From: Octopus vulgaris
Lineage: Eukaryota
DNA length: 64,000 nucleotides
Direction of reading: 5' to 3'
NCBI GenBank assembly: GCA_951406725.2
Contig: OX597824.1
Span: 38,502,001 to 38,566,000, forward strand
Position numbers and translations under genes: made by a program. Positions 50,953 to 64,000 of this stretch are shown piece after piece. The first letter of the stretch is position 1. Each line of letters begins with the position of its first letter. The notes under the pieces are model-generated. The model made no database searches. It had not been told where the DNA came from and was given only the letters and a program-made list of their open reading frames with translations.

Positions 50953-51614
50953 ACAAATTTTATTAACACCTGAAAAAAATACTAAGTTTCCAACATTCCC
51001 ATTGTAGAAAGTTATGAGAGGTCATACTGTATGTGAGAGTGAGTTCAATACGTATTTCAGTTCCGAACGTTATAAAATTAATTTACTTGATACTGTTCTA
51101 ATATTTAGAGAAAGATTTTTCAAAATATTTATTTTGGAAATTATTTTTGGAAATAGTTTTAATATTTAGAGAAATATTTTTTTTTTAATGTTAGGATTAA
51201 GAAAAAAATCAAGAATGAAGAATAGTAGAATAGTGAGAGAGGGGTAAAGCATGAGGAATAGTAGAAATATCATTGAATAGTGAAAGAGGAGTAAAGCATG
51301 AGAAATAGTATTATTGGATAGTGAGAGAATGGGGTCGGAGGAGTAAAGTTGAAAAAGTGTGATACACTGACACACTGACATTCGCTGTTGCATCTATAGA
51401 TATATTTTGATACATTACTTTTTTATTCTTGTTTCAGTTGTTATACTGTGCCCAAGCTGGGGCATAAAAATTGAAAAATTTTAGTCATATGAATCGCCCC
51501 CAATATTTCTTCTTTTTCAGACTGGCATTTATTCTATGGGAATCTTTTGCCGAACCGCTGATTTACATTGGATTGGCGTAAAGATACTAACATCGGTTGT
51601 CAAACGAGGTAGGC

Positions 51615-51659
<45 letters not shown>

Positions 51660-51664
51660 TCACT

Positions 51665-51698
<34 letters not shown>

Positions 51699-52266
51699 CG
51701 AAAGCTTCTTTCAGTTTCCGTCTATCAAATCTACTCACAGAGGGATTAAACCAGGAACAACTTGGTAGGGAAGCAAACTTCTTGCAACTTCTACGTATTA
51801 TCGTGCATGACACATTATCATAGCAATTATGGTACTCTATTGAAATTTTAATAAACTACCATAATTCAATGTTTTACATCTCACTGTGTATAAATAAGCT
51901 GCGGGTATTTGGATTTAGGTTATAACACAGAAGAGCGTCATAAAGTAAAAGAACCACAAGAATCAAATTCATGAGATCTCGGACCATTCATTTCATTATT
52001 TTAAAAACCTTATTAATAAAATTTCCTTTTATTTTACGTAAAAGAATATTAATTAGAAGACTTCGTCCGTAAATATGATTTTATTAATAGAGATATTATT
52101 TTTTGCATTAAAAAAATTTGTAATTATTTAAAGCAAATCATTGGAAATATCGTAATTGTAAGTAGTCAAAATATTAATTTTTCCGTAATTACTTCAGGAA
52201 TATAGGTGCGGGTGTAGTTGTGTAGCAAGACCTTTACACACGAATCACGGGTTTCGAGTTCAGTCC

Positions 52267-52321
<55 letters not shown>

Positions 52322-52408
52322 TGCAAAACAGTATGCCGACTTGCTGCCGGCACGTGTATTACTTCGTCCTGAAATTCTCGAAGAAAAACTGGGAATAGAT
52401 CGAAATAA

Positions 52409-52461
<53 letters not shown>

Positions 52462-52810
52462 CACGTGCACACACACACGCACTCACACACACACACACAC
52501 GCACACACACAGAGTAATAATAACAGTAACCCTTGGATGGGATTTGTAAACATTTTAATGTATTAAAATATTTATAACTTCTATCCAAGGATTATTCTTA
52601 TTTTTGTTATATTTATCCTACATTATATTTGGTACAGCCCGATGCAACCTCAAAAAATTGGTTCACCAGTCAGCATCATTAGACTGTGGCTGGCATGATG
52701 GAATAGGAGCTTTATTTGCATATTCAAAGCGTCTCTGTGCATTATTTGGATGGTGAAAACATAAATATTAATGGCGAAGCGAATCCGGAAAGTGCAGAAG
52801 TCGACCTGTC

Positions 52811-52859
52811 TTAACTGATGAAGTAATGGAAATTGCCGAAATAGACGTGTCAGTATTAA
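52811..52859 (+). ncRNA. Degenerate hammerhead motif
   Basis: ttaa CTGATGA a GTAAT-ggaa-ATTGC c GAAA tagacgt GTC agtattaa; stems I and III are imperfect. Confidence 0.45.
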
Positions 52860-53124
52860 GAATTCTCGATCGGCACTTTTCTGACGATTATGGTCCCTAT
52901 TAGTTTATATGTTTTCATTTCATTCATGTGCGTTAACTACAGCAGACTTGTAAGCGGATTTAGTAGACGGACATTGCTAGAAATAAGACCGGTTTAGGTT
53001 TAATTTTTAGCAATGTAGATGTTTTCTAACACATTAATCGCATCTAGTAACATTTGTATTTCTCCTTTTTATTGAAACATTGCAAACTGCTGTTTATACA
53101 TATATATAGATTTGTGTGTGTGTG

Positions 53125-53243
<119 letters not shown>

Positions 53244-54146
53244 TGTGTGTGTGTGTATATATTTATATATATATATTGTCCCCCCCCCACGAAACGAAGA
53301 ACAAACGCAACAAGAAAAAACAAGAACGCGAGGACGTGGTATATGCAAAGTATTAGCAGGATCTTTATGATCAAGTTTTCGCCCTCACTACCGATTGACA
53401 GACGTGTCTTCGTTTCTGTAACTTAGTGGTTCAGTAAAAGTGAACGACAGAATAAGAAGCGGGCTTTGCAAAATAAGTATTCATTCAACTAAAACATTCA
53501 AGGTGGTGCTCCAACTATCACTGAAGCAAGTAAACGATAAAAGTCGTATTTATATATGCATAGGTACATATATGCATACATACAACTTACACACACACAC
53601 ACATATATATATATAGATAGATATACACACACATATATCGCACCAGCCATTACCTGCTGAGTAAAGTTGGTAGACGGAAATTGTGTGGAAGCTCGTCGTA
53701 TATATATATATATTTGTGTATGTGTGTCTGTATGTGTGTATCTATGTACATGTGTTTTAGTTTCCAGTTCCTCCAACACTTTATAACTGGTGTTGGTTTG
53801 TTTACGACCCTCCCTCGTAACTTAGGTGCTTGACGAAAGGACGTTAGAAAATCAGTACTGCGGTCGATTTGTTCGACTAAACTATTCATGCTTTCTCAGT
53901 ATGACAGCACGATCACATTCACCAATGGATAAAACCAGTGAAAACATATAAGACAATATATATAATAATATATAAAATTCGGGTATTAAGAAGCACCAGC
54001 TTTGCTATATATAGGTGTAATAAAAAACTTAGAAGACACAAGAATTATCACTAAATTTTTGCAGGCCTGGTGAAAAAAAAACAAAAACTAAATGAATAAG
54101 AATTGTATCTCACCTCTGAAAAATTGCGATAGGAACGGCAATTAAC

Positions 54147-54201
54147 CTGGTATCATGATTTCGAATTTAGCGCTAGAAAGCACTTGATTCTCTTCAGCCA
54201 G
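54147..54201 (-). ncRNA. Type-I hammerhead ribozyme motif with all core positions intact
   Basis: Minus strand reads CTGG CTGAAGA GAAT ca AGTGCT-ttct-AGCGCT aa ATTC GAAA TCATGA TA CCAG: G-C pair closing stem II, palindromic stem III (ATCATGAT), AUA triplet. Confidence 0.8.
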
Positions 54202-54914
54202 ATCTACTCCTAACAATACTGGCAATTCACTTCACAGTACCTGTGTTCGCTTGAGGGCTCCAGCTGCATTGAAAAAACGAACTAAGTGAATTATCTATAA
54301 ATGTATAAGTAACATTATTATTCATAAAAAAAAATAATATTAGTGACCGCAAGCACAAAAACCGAATAGGCAAATTAATACATATATATATATACTTGCT
54401 TGATCAACTGGTTTCTAGATTTCACTCAATATTCTTCTTACTCATTCCTCATTTCTTCTTAACCAAATCTAGTGACTTCCCTTCTCCACCGTAACCTGGA
54501 TGTCACTCATGTTGATATTTGCTTTACGATGTGTTAGACTAGGAATAACAACCATTCACATATTCTGCTCCTTTAGAGTCTAAGTCCTCAAATCTTGCAG
54601 GGGTTAACTTTACGTTTCATTCCTCTGGGACCAATATAATATAGCTCTTGTGTACTGTAGTGCTGGATCGGACTAACACATTTAAATCTAAGTTTTTAGC
54701 TTTGAATCTGTATATGAAATTATATAGGTATAAAAGTTTTAGCAATTATAAGCAGCGAGCTAGCAGAATCGTTAGCAAACCGAACAAAAATGTTTAGCGG
54801 CGTTTCGTCCGTCTTTACGTTCTGAGATCAAATTCCGCCGAGTTCGACTTTGATTTTTTTCATCGTTTCAGACCTTGTACCTATAGCAGAAAGGATTGTA
54901 CATATCTGCGTATT

Positions 54915-54946
<32 letters not shown>

Positions 54947-55044
54947 TGTATGTATGTATGTATGTATGTATGTATGTATGTATGTATGTATGTATGTATG
55001 TATGTATGTATGTATGTATGTATGTATGTATGTGTGTGTGTGTG

Positions 55045-55110
<66 letters not shown>

Positions 55111-55137
55111 TACATATATATGTGTGTGTGTGTGTGT

Positions 55138-55470
55138 GAAGGCGTATGGTTTAGTGGTTAGGGTATTCGGCTCACGAGCGTAAGGTTGTAAGTTCAATCC
55201 TCGTCGAAGCTTTGCGTCCTTGAGCAAGGCACATTATTTCACGTTGCTCCTGTCCACTCAGTTGGCAAAAAAGAGTACCACCTATATTTCAAAGGACCAG
55301 CTTTGTCACATTCTGTGTCACATTCTGTGTCACGCAGAACCTCCCTGAGAACTAATGTAAAGGTACACGTGTCTGCGGAGTGCTCAGCCACTTGTACGTT
55401 AATGTCTCGAACAGGCTGTTCCGTCGATCGGATCAACTGGAACCTTCGTCGTCGTAACCGACGGAATGCC
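55138..55470 (+). mobile_element. SINE related to family C with a different 3' half
   Basis: tRNA-like head GGCGTATGGTTTAGTGG...GTTCAATCC, body CCTTGAGCAAGGCAC...TTTCACGTTGCTCC, then a distinct tail ending CGTCGTAACCGACGGAATGCC. Confidence 0.7.
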
Positions 55471-55884
55471 AGTTCTTTATGTGTGTGTGTGTGTGTATGC
55501 GTGTGTGTGTGTGCGTGGGCGCGCGCGTATACACGTACATAATATATGGTTATCTTAAATTGGAATCTATATTCGTTAACCGTTACGTTTTCTCTCTCTT
55601 TCGTCTTCTACCTTTATTTCTTTTTTACCATTTCTGATTCCTTTAACTTTCTAATGATTGCTGTCGTCGCTGTGTGTCGCTTCTGTCGTATTTGAACTGA
55701 CAAGCGGCAGAATGTTCCTTCAACAGATGTCATTATCAAGAAGACATCATTTCCTTAAATACACAATCCCTCTCCCTTTTCGATGTGTGTATTTAAGGAG
55801 CTGTGCGCTCAGGAGCAAGTCGGGGCGGGAGTGGAGGTCTACGTCTGGCGATATCAAGCTTTCCTGTGTTTTGCAGAAATTTGT

Positions 55885-55915
<31 letters not shown>

Positions 55916-56174
55916 CGCTTATTATGAAGATGTATGACTGTGGGCGGATGAAACGAGGACACCCCTTGTCAAGAAGCCCGTGGGAGGTAGTAGATTAAAA
56001 CAAAGTCAGAAAAAAAAAACACAGGAGTAACAATAACAGCAATGAGCTAATGTATGAACGTTTACGTGGTAAATTAATATGCTAGTAATAACAACCAAAA
56101 TCAAAACAAACTCTGCCGTCGTACAATTATTTCAAGTGATAAATATGTCTGAGATATCATGGTAGTTTCTTCAC

Positions 56175-56880
56175 GTCCAAACATCACGAAGAAAAGTGCC
56201 GTGTCCTCCAGTGGTAATGTAAACCGATCCCTGACACTGCAGGGATTTTCGTCCTGCCTGCACTAAGTAGATTCAAAATTGCAAGTCAGTGTGCGCAATC
56301 CAATCCCACTATTTAGACTTGAATGCCTGACCATAGAGGCTCAGCAGGCTCAGACAGCTGTGATGACCACTCCTATATTTATTGCCTTATTGGGCTGGTG
56401 ACCTATAGTTACCGAAAAGGTGTCAAAAATGGTACTTTAGTACCCGAGGGTCTCCATTCCTTGATTTACTGTCGAGAATAATTCCCATAGCCTTTTCCTT
56501 TACTAAGGTACTCATAAAGCCGTGAGGGTTTGGGCTGTCCAAAGATCACGAAGAAAAGTGCCATGTCCTCCAGTGGTGATGTAAACCGATTCCTGACGCT
56601 GCAGGGATTTTCGTCCTGCCCGCACTAAGTAGATTAGGGATGCAAGTCAATGTGCGCAATCTAATCCCGCTATTTAGACTTGAATGCCTGACCAGAAAGG
56701 CTCAGCAGGCTCAAACAGCTGTGATGACCTCTCCTATATTTAATGCCTTATTGGGATGGAGACTTATAGTTTCCGAAAAGGTGTCAAAGATGGCACTTTA
56801 GTACCTGAGCGTCTCCATTCCTTGATTTACTGTCGAGAATAATTCCCATAGCCTTTTCCTTTCCTAAGGTACTCATAAAA
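56175..56880. repeat. Direct tandem duplication, 362-bp period, about two copies
   Basis: ATCACGAAGAAAAGTGCC at 56183 and 56545; AAGGTACTCATAAA ends at 56518 and 56880. Scattered substitutions between copies. Confidence 0.92.
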
Positions 56881-57198
56881 TAGGTACTCTTCTTTAACAT
56901 ACTGATTAACCCATATATGGGACTCTGAGAGGCGCTGCTATGCTATGTCAGAACAAACCTAGGAAGAATAGTGGCTTAAAGGTGGTTCCTGGAACTTCCG
57001 AATCAGAATCCCACTAGCGGATGTAGTATAAAGCCATACCCAGCAAAATGTTTAAGACTTTGAACTGTTTGAAAAGACTAGATGGCCATGATCGTAATGA
57101 CTTTGATCATAAATTTTCTTGACCAGTGTCTGTGCGGCTAGGCTAAAACACCACCACCACCCGAACCTCTAACAGAAGCCCTCATTAGATTACCGAAT

Positions 57199-57272
<74 letters not shown>

Positions 57273-57367
57273 CTTTTATTCTTTTATTTATTTTATTTTT
57301 TTTATTTGTTTCAGTCATATATACGTGTATGTGTGCGTGTATATGTATATATGTGTGTTATCTATAT

Positions 57368-57494
<127 letters not shown>

Positions 57495-57721
57495 TATACA
57501 CACATATAATGTATTAATATACATATATATCTAAGAGCGGCAATATTCAGGATGCATTAATACATGCCAGACAAAATAAAAACACTGAATAAATAGACAG
57601 AAGCAAAAAGAAAAAAAAATACCTTGATTGTCTGCAATGACTTTCAGGACGATACCAGATCATAACTTCACAATATTTGAGATAAAGAAGTAACGACCGG
57701 CATTATTATTATTATTATTAT

Positions 57722-58204
57722 TGAGTGAGAGAGCAGTTCATGCCATACAAAGTGACACTGGGGTAAAATATACGAAGCCCAATATACCCATCATGACTAC
57801 CCGTCTGATAAGGGTACACCAGACACATGCATCACAACCATATGTGCGCGACATGGTGATCTCATATCAAAATAAACAGCACATGACCTTGCAGGTGGGG
57901 CCCAGTTAGAATTTTCTTCAGGTTGAGTAGCCCATCCCGCTCAAACGGTCCCTGAATAAGGGTTGTTTAATGATGTTGAAAGAACCACCCATGTTTCCAG
58001 AGGTGAATTATTCAAACCCCAAAGAATCCCTCTCAACACATGGCTATGATGCTCCCCCACTACTTCTGCTCGTGATCAGAGATGCACATATCGTCAGCCA
58101 CTAAGGGGCATGCTCAACTGGTTAAAGTCAAACAACTGACAAGCAAATCTGTGGTATTGAGCAGAATATTTGCTGTAGCCCATCTTTTATACCAAGAGAA
58201 AACA
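57722..58204 (-). mobile_element. Repeat family D, longest copy
   Basis: Flanked on both sides by (TTA)n and colinear with 30501-30967. Confidence 0.8.
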
Positions 58205-58572
58205 TTATTATTATTTATTTATTATTATTATTATTATTGTGGTTGTTGTTGTTGTTGTTGTTGTTACTACTATTATTGTTATTATTTGAAATCATAGATC
58301 TTCCTAAGTTTAAAAATGATTGATATAATATGAATTAAAATTATAAGTGCATTATAAAAATACAATAGACATGAAAGTATCTGTAATGAAATAAATACGT
58401 TTTTGTATCCGTCTGAAAAAACATATTCCTCATTCTTCATTGTCCTCCAGCTGGAATATTTCAAGACAAGATTACTGTTACTGGAATGCTAAAGAGATTC
58501 GAGATAGTTCTAAGAAAAACATAAGCATTACGTAAAGTCTAGCATGGAAAGGCATCGACGTGTATGTGTGTG

Positions 58573-58681
<109 letters not shown>

Positions 58682-58821
58682 ATGTATATATATATATGTT
58701 ATATATGTATACATGTATATATATATACATATATACATGTATATACATATATATGATATATGTATCTCTATATCTCTATCTCTCAATATATATATATATA
58801 ATGACAATAATAATAATGATG

Positions 58822-58870
<49 letters not shown>

Positions 58871-58875
<5 letters not shown>

Positions 58876-59111
58876 GCGCCCTTTTAAAGCCAGGCTCATG
58901 GGCCCGGTTTCCCGGTTTCAATGGCGTATGTGTTCTCCAGCTGGACGGGATGACAGTCTATCGCAGCGTTACTCATTTTTGCCAGCTGAGGGGACTGGAG
59001 AAACGTGAAATGAAGTGTTTTGCTCAAGAACACAACGCGTCGCCCGGTCCAGGAATCGAAACCACAATCTTACGATCATGATGCTGACACCCTAACCACT
59101 AAGCCACGCGC

Positions 59112-59113
<2 letters not shown>
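58871..59113 (-). mobile_element. SINE family C
   Basis: Reverse complement of the 49972-50214 copy, ending in an (ATT)n tract. Confidence 0.85.
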
Positions 59114-59170
<57 letters not shown>

Positions 59171-59229
59171 ATGTAACACAAATATTTCAGTAGCAGGCGT
59201 AAAATGATTTAAACATAAATTTTAGTCAG

Positions 59230-59560
59230 AACGGATTTTTACCACAAAAAATCATCTTACCTGTTCACCAAATAACTTAGTAAGTACTATTAAATGTAAA
59301 AGTTGTGACGAAGATTACTTAGGTCAAACAAAACTCACTCATTAGAAATAGACTTACTACTCATAGACAGCGAATACGAGACCCGAGTACGAAGCAGATA
59401 TCACTTAGTGAACACGAAGACCTATGTACAAAAAATAAGTCCCCCAAGTTCTAAGTCTTTCCACTTTATTTCTATTCAGTCAATACTACAGACCATGAAC
59501 GGATAAACAAAGAAAATATATTCATAGTAAAGTACAAATCAAGGCTGAAGAAATTTAAAC
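59230..59560 (+). mobile_element. Penelope-like element GIY-YIG endonuclease remnant
   Basis: LTCSPNNL..IKCKSCDEDYLGQTKLT..RNRLTTHRQRIRDPSTKQISLSEHEDLC...VFPLY...RINKENIFIVKYKSRL. Confidence 0.8.
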
Positions 59561-60009
59561 TTTAACAAATTACATTCACGAACGGCTATTCAGGCTCAAA
59601 CTCATTCTACTGCTTGATATGTTGAAGTTACACGGCTAACGACCTAAACTTCGGATACAATCATGACTGTTAATTGGCAGATTCTACATGTACATAAGTG
59701 TTGAATGGTTGGAGAAAATACATTTAATAGTTCAATTTGATGCCTGCATACATAGACACAAACCATAACTATTCAACCACTACGCTACACAGAAACAACT
59801 CCTGTCCACTCTACAACTCGACAGATTAAATTTAGAGAACCTCGTTTTGGGACTCTCACTCGAAACGTTCATTCAATCTGCCAGCCTTGATTTTCGGCTC
59901 AAGAATATTGTCACGTATTAATGCACAAATGTAGCATGGAACCTACAAAAATTTCTAAGATTACTACTAATCACGAGATCTGCCTTTATTACATTTGTCT
60001 GATAAAATT

Positions 60010-61370
60010 CAGACAGTCTTGACTGCTAGGGATTCTCTCTAAACATAGACTTCCCAACATGCCAAAAGAGGGTATAATATGCCCTGTCTATGAAGGAGGG
60101 AGCAGAGCAGATGCTAAAAACTACAGGCCTATCTCTCTGACCTCACATGTTAGCAAGACAATGGAGCGCATTGTCAGAAAATAGCTGATCCCGTTCCCAG
60201 AAGAAAACAACCTTCTCACAAACACGCAACATGTCTTCCGTCCAGGGAGGAGCTGCCTCACACAGTCGCTGCAGTACTTTGACTGGGTACTGAAGCAACA
60301 GCTAAATCAGTCAGATGTAGACGTGATATACCTCGACTTTGCTAAGGCTTTTGACAAGGTTGATCATGGCATGATATGTCACAAGCTGTGAAACCCTGGT
60401 ATTACCGGGGAACTGGGAGAGTGGCTGCATGATTTTCTGAAGGGCAGGAGTCAGATAGTTGTAGCCAATGATGCTCACTCTGAATAGACACCAATTCTCA
60501 GTGGAGTCCCACAGAGAACTATACTGGGGCCACTACTATATGTGGCGGCCCTCTCAGGCATGCCCTCCGCGGTAAGTCAGCCAATCTGACCAGTTATACT
60601 GACGACACAAAAGTATCGCAGGCAGTAAGGAACCCAGAGGACATCATAAAACTGCAGAAAGACCTGAACGAAATCTACGAATGGGCTAACAAAATTAACA
60701 TGCAGTTCAATGTTATGAAATTTCAGGTACTTCTCTATCGGTCCAACACCAGGCTAAAATCAGAATACACTGGACTAGGAGGCAATACGATCTCAGAGTC
60801 AGAGTCGGTACGTGACCTGGGGGTTCACATGAGAAATGATGCAACATTCCATGTACATATTTCCAAGATGGCAACACTGTGCAGATGAGTGGCTGAATGG
60901 ATTCTGAGGACATTCAGAACCAGGAAAAGGGAGGCCCTGCAACTCCTATGGAAGACTTTCTCAGCCGCTTGGACTAATTGCTGCTTCCAACTATGGTTCC
61001 CAGAGAGTGTGAAGCAAATTGTGGAACTCGAAGCAATCCAGTGCCAATACACAAAGAAGATTGACTCGATGCAAAAGATGGGCTACCGGGAGAGGCTAAA
61101 GAAGCTGAGTCTCTATTCCTTGGAGAGAAGACGAGACAGATATGCAGTGATATATATTTGGAAGATCTTGGAGGGTTTAGCTTCCAATTTTAGAATTGAC
61201 AGCTATACCAATCCTCGAACTGGACGGTACTGCATCATACCAAAGATCCTGGGTTTCCCATCTAAAATAAGGACACCGTACTGCAATAATCTGGATTTCA
61301 AGGGCCCGTAATTGTTGAACATCCTTCCAGGCGACCGTAGAGATCTACATGGCGTTGATGTGGAAATTTT
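60010..61370 (+). mobile_element. CR1/L2-group LINE RT and C-terminal region (pseudogene)
   Basis: NYRPISLTSHVSKTMERIV, QHVFRPGRSC, DVIYLDFAKAFDKVDH, SGVPQRTILGPLLY, YTDDTK, VRDLGV and YRERLKKLSLYSLERRRDRY, with several stops. Confidence 0.93.
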
Positions 61371-61419
61371 GGGATTTTTTGCGGAGGGTGAAAGTGGTAT
61401 ATATATACAAAGATTTCTT

Positions 61420-61910
61420 TTCAATAAGCAACGGACCACTCAACCCTTCCCCGGATGTACATGTAGAGACAAATCTAAATATCTTCTTGGACAGGAGTGC
61501 ATATATTTTTCATTGTTTATAAAGCACAAGTTTCAGCAAACTACGGCAATGGTTGTACAAATATCAAACGTTATATCGGATCCGCGGAAAGAAAATTAAA
61601 ATCTAGATATAACAATCATCTTTCGAATTTTAGATACCGTGATATTTTAGATACCGTGATAACAGTCAATAACCCTATTCTACTTTAATCTGGAAACTTA
61701 ATGGCGAAGGGATCAGCTTATACGTAGAATGGAAAATCCTCTCCAAATCCAAACCCTATTAAAGGATCTAAAAAAAAAATTTCAGTCTGTTCTCTGGAAA
61801 AACTGTATCTATTTATGACCTCCAACGAATACACAAATTCGAGGAACGAGAGTTTTCCTGTATGTCCGCATTTCAAGAAATACATCTTGTCAGAATTTAA
61901 AAGTAGACCA
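61420..61910 (+). mobile_element. Penelope-like element linker and GIY-YIG remnant
   Basis: GCTCRDKSKYLLGQEC..IVYKAQV...KRYIGSAERKLKSRYNNHLSNFR...LIWKL...VEWKILSKSKPY...CSLEKLYL. The Cys-containing linker followed by VY..YIG resembles Neptune-type PLEs. Confidence 0.82.
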
Positions 61911-63394
61911 TTGGACACTTACTAAACCATTAACGTCTGGTTAAGGTTTACTAGACGTAATTTCACTCACAATTTATGGATCGACCCGAGATTAAAGAAG
62001 ATATGTAACATCTGTCCGAGATGGCAATAAATAGAGTCGAACCCGAAACTTCGTGTTTCCCAAGTAGACTTCTTAGCTATTCAAGCATAGTGCACCTACT
62101 GTATATAATGTATATAATATGCATGACTTTTAACTTTTTTAATGCATGTAATCACAAGCTTCTTCACTCATTCTTAGCAAAAGAAAAAAAGAAAAGAACA
62201 AGAGAGTGAGAAAGAAAAAGAAGAAACAAAATAAAGAAAAGCAGAAAGAAAAAGAAAATTTTTTGCTGGATTGCAATGTGTTTGCATAATAAAAGATAGT
62301 ATCATCTTTTACTTTGATACCAAGCATCTGTTGATGAAGCCATAAAAGTATTTCTCGTAGAGTATATTTAAAACATTTTTTATAACATTCCCATCCCACC
62401 ATGTGTTGTCTATTCTATGTCTAACATACTTTCATTCAACATCAATATATGTTAACATCAATGATATATTTGCAAGGAAATCTAGAAGTATATTCTCTAT
62501 AAAATTCATTTAATCTAAAGCGAATGTTATTCTAAAATAACAATATAATCTTGTATTTCTTAGCAGTTTTACAATGTCTAGTGCAGAAGCGAAGAGTTCA
62601 GCGATGTTCTCCTTACCAATTAGATTTAGTACACTTCAAGAGAAAAAACTACTGCATCTTTCTCAAATACCTCTCTGTTTTGCTGTCTCCAACTCTCTCA
62701 GCTGAAGAGGCGTTACAATGAACGGACGACCCAACATTAAAGTGTTTAAAAGAAGTTAAATGGAAAAACTAGAATATTTAATGTTATGAGCAAGAAAATT
62801 ATCTTTAATCAATCAAAATTACACTTGTAATGAAAACACAGATTATTGGATCTAATTCTAGAGAGCCTAAGGGAGACAACTCAATCTAGTTAATAACTGA
62901 ATGATGGCTTGAGCAAGTGTGATAATTTCAGATATGTTTCATACTTATTTAACCTCCTCAGCAAAAGAGAATAAAACCGTGTTTAGTAAATATTCAGGAT
63001 GGGCTTTTAGGCAAAGGATATTTTCTTATCTTCTTCTACCAGTCACGGAGGCCCTGAAAAAGTCTCAAGGACACTTCAGCTCCAAATCTCTCATCCGATT
63101 TAATCCTTAAAAGAGTCAAAATTTAAATAAAAAGTGCATCCCACACAGAACATGACTAGAATAACTGTCTAGATGTGGTGTGGAATAGATATTTAAAGAC
63201 TTGAGGTTGTACACTAGCCATTAAATGAGGTGAAGAATCTCTTTCTTTTGGCTTAATGATGTCATTTTTCAATCTTAAGGAATGATCATAGGTTTCTAAG
63301 ATGATGTTGGAAATAGATGGAAATATCGTGCCCATTCCTCAATAGGAAGAGATGAATACAATTCCCAATTAATTCTGAAGAAATAATAGTTTCA

Positions 63395-63599
63395 AGTTGT
63401 GGCACAAGGCCAGCAATTTGGGGGGAGGGGTAAGTCGATTACATCGACCCAGAATTCGACTGGTACTTATTTTATCGACTCCGAAAGGATGAAAGGTAAG
63501 GTCGACCTCGGCGGAATTTGAACTTAGAAAGTAAAGACGGATGAAATACCACTGAGCATTTTGCCTGGAGTGCTAACGTTTCTGCCAGCTCGCCGCCTT
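63395..63599 (-). mobile_element. SINE family A
   Basis: Reverse complement of the family A head and body, tail AAATTGCTGGCCTTGTGCC. Confidence 0.8.
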
Positions 63600-64000
63600 A
63601 ATCTAAATTAATATTAACATCTAACTAATCAATAATTGTTCAGGTTCTTGAGGCTGTTTTAAAATACAAACAGAGCAGCAGAGAAGATACGACGTTTATA
63701 ATTTAGTTTATAGCAACCGGGTTCGAACATGTTACTGGCATTATGGAAAGAGCAATTTAATCTATATTTAATTTACTAAACCAAGTGTTGAGAATATATA
63801 TCAGCCCATTTGGAAATCTATTTATCACTTAATCAAGAGGAAGGTAGTACCTATGAGCCTTTACGGGGCCTTCTAGACTGATGAGATGAAGGTTTCCTTG
63901 ATCCAAGAACCTGACCCGAATGCTTGTTAGAGAGTGGGATTCCGCTAAAAGCTAAGCTGGACAAGGGATTAGGTCGACCACAAAAAAACAAAAACAAAAC

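Noticed and set aside
60010-61910. A single element joining a CR1-type RT to a GIY-YIG endonuclease
   Set aside because: The RT is of the CR1/L2 type rather than the PLE type, and it is truncated just before the PLE remnant. Adjacent independent decayed insertions are the simpler explanation.
63875-63935. Hammerhead-like CTGATGA followed by a hairpin
   Set aside because: GAAA is altered to GAAT and stems I and III do not pair, so it is too degenerate to call.

Overview
AT-rich, repeat-saturated eukaryotic intergenic or intronic DNA. The tRNA-headed SINE families and the extreme (TA)n/(CA)n/(TATG)n/(ATAG)n/(AAT)n load point to an octopus (cephalopod) genome; this is inference, not a database match. 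I found no intact host protein-coding gene, and most ORFs in the track are microsatellite translations. The recognisable coding remnants all come from decayed transposons: Tx1/L1-group, CR1/L2-group and R4/Dong-type LINEs, Penelope-like (PLE) GIY-YIG fragments, Tc1, mariner, Tigger/pogo and non-autonomous Helitrons, several of them nested. The main hidden signal is about 20 minimal type-I hammerhead-ribozyme-like motifs (CUGANGA...GAAA...UH, often with a palindromic stem III). They belong to many unrelated sequence families, often sit inside or beside inverted repeats, and fit PLE pseudo-LTR biology. Other notable items are a SINE tail resembling the local Tx1 3' end, self-nested SINE arrays, a minisatellite formed at a Dong 5' junction, a long foldback element and an unexplained 362-bp tandem duplication. 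All coordinates, alignments and folds were read by eye, so boundaries are approximate.
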